Position numbers and translations under genes: made by a program. Below, one piece after another: positions 57,339 through 64,000 of a DNA stretch of 64,000 nucleotides. Under the pieces are notes generated by a model. It saw only the letters and a program-made list of their open reading frames with translations, searched no databases and had not been told where the DNA came from. This DNA comes from Octopus vulgaris. Taxonomy: Eukaryota. The stretch covers positions 81,468,001 to 81,532,000 of the forward strand of contig OX597814.1 of NCBI GenBank assembly GCA_951406725.2, written 5' to 3'. Numbering within the stretch: the first letter of the stretch is position 1; each line of letters starts with the position of its first letter.

Positions 57339-58631
57339 CGAGGGACGTTCAATAAGTAATGCCCATGACCCACTTGTAATTGTTTGATCTAGCTGATATT
57401 TTGCGTGTGCAATTATTTATATCTTTATAGATTAAGTGGCAAATTACAGCTCTGAACAAATTGTGGTTTCTGATTTACAGGTGTTTGAACTGAGTCAAGT
57501 GTGAAATGGAGCCTGTTGAGTGTCGAGCAGTGATCCGCTTTTTGTATTTGAAAGGACGCACACCACGGGAGACTTTTGATGAAATGAAAGTAACTTATGG
57601 TGATGATGCCCCATCATATGGCCTTGTAAAACGCTGGCATCGTGAATTCAAACATGGTCGGAACTCTGTGGAAACAGCTCCCAGATCTGGTCGCCCCCAC
57701 TTCTGCCATTGATGAGGCATCTGTCCGTCAAGTTGAGGCTGCCATTTTGGAAGATCGACGCATAACTACTCGCCAAATAGCCCATGAGGTCAAGATTAGT
57801 ACCGGGTCTGTGGAAACTATCATTCATGACCATTTGCATATGCAAAAGGTGTCTGCCAGATGGATTCCCAGGTTGCTCACATCTTTCTAGAAGCAAGAAC
57901 GCGTCGAGTGCTCGAGGATGAATTTGGAGATGTGCCAAGAAGATGAGTCAATATGTTTCAAAAGACTGATTACACAGAATGAAACTTGGGTCCATCACTA
58001 TGATCCAGAGACCAAAGCCCAGTCAATGCAGTGGAAGTACCGTGACTCACCTCCTCCAAAGTAGGCAAGGGTGCAGCCCTCCGCTGGCAAGGTCATGCTC
58101 ACAGTCTTCTGGGACCAGGACGGAGTAATGATGACAGATTTCCTGACAAAGGGTACCACAATTACAGGAGCCTATTATGCTTCACTTTTGAAGAAGTTAA
58201 GAGAAGCTATCAAAATCAAGAGGCGGGGCAAGATCAGCAAAGGCATCCTCCTCCTGCAGGACAACGCTCCGGTCCACAACTCGCGTGTCGCCAGATCAGA
58301 AGCACTGGCGTGCGGCTATGAACTCCTCCCCCATCCCCCTACTCTCCTAACCTTGCACCCTCTGATTTTCACCTCTTCCCAGCCATGAAGTTGTTTTTGA
58401 AAGGAAAGCGTTTCCCAGATGATACAGCCTTGATTTCTGAAGTCACGTCGTGGTTGGAGGACCAAGCTGGGGTCTTCTACAAAAACGGTCTCCAGAGCTA
58501 CATCAAACGATGGGAGAAATGCGTAACTCTGGGTGGTTCCTATGTAGAAAAAGACAAATAACTGTGCCAAGTTCCGTTGCTCTACTCCTATGGGAAGTGT
58601 GTCAGGGACATTACTTATTGAACGCCCCTCG
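57339..58631 (+). mobile_element. Full-length mariner (irritans-like), copy 2; transposase pseudogene from ATG 57506
   Basis: TA TSDs; same TIRs and transposase as 10828-12118; two stops, two frameshifts, first catalytic D changed to N (TQNETW); 1293 bp. Confidence 0.95.
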
Positions 58632-58694
58632 TATCTCAGGCTCCGGGAGCTGGATAGTTTGTTTCCTCGTTTTTTTTGTCCTACTTTTTCATCC

Positions 58695-59155
58695 CTCAAT
58701 GCAGTTTTCTTGGAGAGGTGGGGGGAAGTTGATGAGCTATTGATGGATAACAGCACAGTGTTTCGCTCAGTGCCGACCAATGGAATACCAGACGTTTCTT
58801 CAGAGCAGCATATAGGTCTGGAGGAATGGGACTGTGGAGCGTCACCATCGCACAATCAAAGCTATGACTGAGAGGGGGGAATATTTCTCCCATCGAAGCA
58901 GTATTCTGGTACAATATGTTGCCAAGGTGAGGACTGACTGGTGAGACGGTCCCGCAAAAGGCTGTGTTTAGGTACGAATGGAGACACCCGAGCGTGTAAC
59001 CGCGATCCTTTGGGGTCAGCAAGTGTTCAAATCGAGGAAGAAGTGTGGTTGAATCTCCCCGACGCGCAGTGTACATCTCAGTGGGGGAAAGGAAGAGTGA
59101 CAGCAGTGAACTCTCGTAACAATGTATCGGTGGAAGGAATGCCGTGTCACATATA
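58695..59155 (+). mobile_element. Gypsy/Ty3 integrase fragment
   Basis: Across frames: VDELLMDNSTVFRS, FRAAYRSGG.GIVERHHRTIKAM-like, EAVFWYN, EEVW and QWGKGRVTAVNS. Confidence 0.7.
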
Positions 59156-59429
59156 GGAAAAAGGAAGGTTGGATGAAGACTGAATACCACTTTGTTTTGA
59201 AAACATTTCATCAAAACGTCTAAGGGATTTATTTTAAAAGCCTTCTCTCCTTGTCTGGGATGAAACGGTGGGGTGGTGGGGGGTTTAATAAACGGAAAAG
59301 CTGCGTTTAAAAATCAGTACTGGTTATTATATCCGATGGTTTAACAAGTCAACTGCAATCTCTCGGTGTTCTATTAACAAACCCTTTAAGACTAACGGGA
59401 GAGGAATAGAACAACTGGATACAGTTGAA

Positions 59430-59974
59430 AGAAGATTTTGTTACGAACCCCAGCTGGACCAAGGAAAAAACTTATGCTTGCTCTGGTGTGCATATGGGCG
59501 AACAATTCGTGGGTGAAAACAAGAAGTGATATAGCGATTAAGTCATTTAAGATATATTGTATTCGTAAGGCAATGGATGGAACTGAGGATGACATTCTCT
59601 TTTATCATAATATTGGATCCAATGATGAAATATCTGATTCTTTATTAAGCGAAAGTGAAAGCAATGAGGATCTTGTAGATTTTGCCTCAAACTAAATAAC
59701 AGTAAACCATTTTTTCTTCTCTTTTTCTTTTCTTTTCTTTTGTGTGTGTGTGTTTTTTTTTTTAATTTATGGTAGTTTCTTATTTTGAGTACTTTTGTGT
59801 TTAGAACAATGTACACTAATCGTTAAAGTATCGGGCTGAATTTTTGTTTGAGAAAACCCTTTCAAATATGGTTGTAGCTTCTTTTTTTACCTCCAAAACT
59901 TTGTCTTCAAAATAAGGGTGCGTCTTATACATCGGCGCACCTTATACACCGGTCTTATGTTCTCAAAAATACTG
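59430..59974 (+). mobile_element. pogo/Tc2-type transposon 3' end
   Basis: TPAG..KK...VCIW..NSW....IKSFKIYCIRKAMDGTEDD C-terminus; subterminal CTTATAC repeats; ends AAAAATACTG then TA. Confidence 0.78.
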
Positions 59975-60934
59975 TATTTGTGAGCTGCATCTCAAACTAC
60001 ATGCAGACGATACTTTCGATAATCCACATCTGAGACCACAATTTAAATTTTTCGGTCATGCAGAAAATGTTAATCTCTTCGAATATGCACACAATTGCCG
60101 AGGTTTCCCTTTCAGTATTGGAGTATCTTGTTTCAGTAGTGCTTTATGCTCTAGACCAGCGTTTTCCAAACTTTTGACTCTTGAGGACATTAAAATACAG
60201 TTTATACCCAGGGGGTCCCTTTACACTCATACACACACGGGAAGCCGATGGTAGGTAAGCGTCCGACAAAATGCTTTACTATATTTGTCCCAGCTCTTTA
60301 CGTTCTGAGTTCAGAGCCAATCGAATTTACCTTTGCCTTTTGTCCTTCTGAAATCGAGGAAACGAAGCCCTAGTCCACAGCGGTGGAGCTTGAAAGAACT
60401 GTTACAGTGGTGAACGAATACTTCTCAATATCTGTTCCGAATTATATGTTCGCTTATAATTATTTCAAGCTATATCCACCCTTACATTTCCTTTGGATAA
60501 CATCGCAGGATGTGGAGAGGAAACACATACTTTATAGCAATTGGTGGTCTTACATCCTTTTTTTTTTCTTTTTTTTTTTTTAAGATTTGCCCATGCCTGC
60601 ATTCCGGAGGGAAGTTTTCCGGAGACAGCTACGTTGTCAGCCATGACCAAATATGCAGAAGAGATTAAATTCGTACAACACCGTAAAACCGAGCGGAGAA
60701 GAGATGCTTGCTTGGCGTTATCGTGTAACGTAAACAAATACAATGAAAACCTATGTTGCTGTGTTCCTCACTTTATCCTGTGTTTTGCTTCTCTACTTAA
60801 ATTGCTGTGGTATGTTGACATTAATAATGCAAATTATTGTTTATACTATACATTTTCGACAATCCTTCATGTCACAAACACGGAAGAGAAACAAAGACGA
60901 CCGTCATTAAATTTTCTAAGAGACTAACATGTTT

Positions 60935-60972
<38 letters not shown>

Positions 60973-61013
60973 CATATTTTCTATGCATCAAATATGTAGT
61001 GATATAATGTATG

Positions 61014-61147
61014 TAGCAAGGATAGTATTGTTTGATCCAATACAGCAGTAACTCCACTGGACTGTTCTTTTAATAGGGGGCGAGACTAACTCTCAAAAAG
61101 ACAGTCTGTTACTAGTATATTGGATCAAGCAATACTACCATTGTTAA
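61014..61147. repeat. Small palindromic MITE-like element
   Basis: TAGTATTGTTTGATCCAATA and TATTGGATCAAGCAATACTA inverted pair; inner GACTGT/ACAGTC pair. Confidence 0.65.
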
Positions 61148-64000
61148 ATATAAATATATTATATAATTACAGGTTGTATTCTTCAAAATAATTATTAGAT
61201 ATATAAATTGGAGTATTATTGTTTGTTTCTTCGATACGGTGTATAATTTTGGTTTCTCTCATCGTTCATGTTTGTACTCTTCACTTATTGTTGAGATCCT
61301 AGATCTACTGATCAGAGACCAGGTTAATCAATAAATCTATGATCAAAGGCATTCCATTTCGTGTATTTGTGGTGGGGGACTACGTTTCCCAAGTTAACCC
61401 CCACTTTTTTTTTTATCTGGTAGGATATAGTTTGTACATTTATATAGCTGTTATTAATAAGAATCTCGAACTACCACCACGTAGAGGCTCTCATCGCGTG
61501 CTTACTTCCCTGTCATATACTAAGTGTAATTGCAACCTTAATTATTATCTATTGCCTGATTTAGATTATATACTCATAAAAATAGTTTTTAATTAAAAAA
61601 TTGTTTTGTATCTCAAATGTAATTTCTACTTGTTTCTTTTTCTGAAAGAAGTAATTAGAAGTAAATAACCATTTCAACAAATCTGCTGAACCTAACTTTA
61701 TTTACTTAGTAATTATCGTTTAAAGAACAATGCTAATTAAATGAGAATTGAAATTCTTTATTGAAAAGAACTTCATTTACACCACTACAATGATCACATT
61801 GTATCAGGAGATTACATTGCTAATGAGTGGCCACAATCATAATTAGTAATAAAGGAATACAACTTATTCACGAACAACAGAGCGCTAATATATTTACACG
61901 ATAAATTATTTTTAGCCCCAAGTCAATTTTGATTAGGTGGAATTATGATTAAAGATGTTTCAAACCGAAAGAATATTGATGAGACTACAGTATCCAAAGT
62001 GTCCTTCCATCTTTAAAAATTTAGTAAGCGGTGGCTTGAGTGGTATTTGGTTATTATTTCTAGCAGGTCGAGTGACTGTCCAGGTTCTTTCGTTAGCTCG
62101 CCAGGATAAGAGTAGAACAATCCAGCTAAGGTTATACTCATCTTCTAGTAACACAGAATCAAAGACTAATTTAAATAGTTACAAACGTCTCTCATCTGAG
62201 TTTGAATATTGTTGGAACTGAATTTATTTTTCGTTTATGTGAATATGATGTGACATGTACCTGTAATATACTGCACAATAGTCAAGTAGATTCTAGCTTA
62301 CAAAATTGTGTCGTCATCAGATTGGTATCACGGTTTCAATTTCTATTTGGGTCTGTATCATTTAAATTCCATCTCAAGGTAGGCTCAGGCGTCACTGTAA
62401 GTTTACAGCTCTATTTGGTCTGTGATTGACCGAATGAACAAGTTCTCTCTACAATGTCCGATTGTCACTTATATAATGTGGCTGCAGTCATGTTTAATTG
62501 AGTTCCTTTCACTTCATTTCTCTAAGGACTTCCGGCTTGTAATTTGGTTCTATCACGATTGCGCTGATATCTCACACACAGAACAGTTCTTTTTCTACAT
62601 GCACTAGCAGTATCAACTAAACTCAGTGCCATTCTCTCATGCTTTCTAGAAACACTTCTATCAAGTCTTTTTCTATATACACAAAGTACAGCTAATGTCC
62701 TCACACATTCATTCACTGCTACCACACTACAGACATCTCTATAAAACCCAACTTACTTCTTTACAGAAATCTTATACAAGGCATTTTACATTGTACATAA
62801 CCCACTGCTGTGAATAAACTTCACTCTTGAACAAGTTGAGTTTTGTCTGCCTGTCTCTGTATACCAATTACTATTGAACAAACATGCACACTATCAACAA
62901 CCTACTACTGCCGATGTCATCACTTCAACCTGACCATGAACACTCTGCCATGTTATATCAACAAGCTACAAACATTAGCTACGAAGATTGTGGACTCACC
63001 ATACTAGTGACCCCTTCACTAGACTGGTGATACCACCACTATAGCATGAATGTTGGAAATCTGAAATTTACATCATTTTTTTTTAATTGTTGCCAGGCTA
63101 TATTGTATGTTATGTTCCTTAAAACAATGTTAGATTTTTTAACAATTTATTCTGGTAGGTAGGGCAAGTACTCATAACTTTTGCTAACCCTTTCATACAG
63201 AGGTGCAGGAACTCTTCTTGCAACATAAAAAAACAGCATGTCTATGCTAGTTGTTGTATTGTGTTAGTGAATAATGATTTACCAATATTTTTAAATATGT
63301 TTGCGAATGTAATATTTTCTCTATTTCATGTATGGGAGCAATAGGTGCAGGCATGGCTGTATGGTAAGAAGTTTGCTTCCGGTGTAGTGTTTGTCAGTTG
63401 AATTGTGGATTTTGAGTGTAACGCGTGTTTTTTGGTTGTCTTGGCAGTGCAATATTTTTCCTCTTGTTTAATGGAGGGTGTCAAGTGAGGAGCTGTGAAG
63501 GCTTGAATTATTCAGACTCCATAAATTACCCTTCGTCAGACTTTTTGTTGTCTGAAGAAGAATTGGTGAGGTGTTTGGATAGAATTGATGAAAAAATGGT
63601 GACAAAGCATTATGCAGAGGTGACAAAGGAAAAAACTAAAGAAGTGTGTCTGGAAGAAATAAGTAAATTTTTTTAAATGCTTAAAAGGGAGGAGACCGAA
63701 TTGAAGATATTCCCTCCCAAAGAATTTTTAAAGGGGAAACAAGAAAGAACAATTATTTACAGGATGTACTCTGTAGCAGCCAACAGAATTGAAGTCAGTC
63801 GATGGTGCAAGTTGAAAAGGCACTTAGACCAATCTGGCAAGGGATTTCCTACCTTGCCAGAGGAAAAATGTTTGGAACAGTGGAGGTGCAGTTCCGGGAG
63901 GTAGCTACTGCCAGGCTGCACTCAGCTACACTGTTGAGAACAGACAAAGTGGTGCTTCTACCCGTATACCTTGGGAAGCGTGCTTCTAGAGTTTGGGTAG

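Noticed and set aside
63425-63904. Two consecutive charged ORFs at the window end
   Set aside because: Interrupted by stops and unrecognised; possibly a decayed LINE ORF1, but I cannot support a call.

Overview
AT-rich, repeat-dense animal genomic DNA. The (TA)n/(CA)n tracts, the SINE families and the gene sequence suggest an octopus or other coleoid cephalopod (inference). The window holds one complete protein-coding gene on the minus strand, RAB3GAP1 (Rab3 GTPase-activating protein catalytic subunit). I traced 24 coding exons by hand from ATG 53849 to TGA 18145; all introns are GT-AG, all phases join, and the CDS is 3084 nt (1027 aa). The rest is mobile DNA: two near-full-length irritans-type mariners on either side of the gene, a deleted second mariner, a DD37D (maT) fragment, pogo/Tigger fragments, non-autonomous Helitrons, an 8-bp-TSD MITE carrying telomeric repeats, RTE/CR1/CRE/Gypsy remnants, a Penelope GIY-YIG fragment and tRNA-derived SINEs. 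The most unusual signal is non-coding. At least seven loci carry minimal type-I hammerhead ribozyme motifs, several with non-canonical cores. The best is a very young, highly structured 362-bp non-coding unit in intron 11, arranged as an inverted copy plus a partial tandem, which looks like a retrozyme (circular RNA-derived, Penelope-mobilised) insertion. Ribozyme activity, expression and family names cannot be confirmed from sequence alone.
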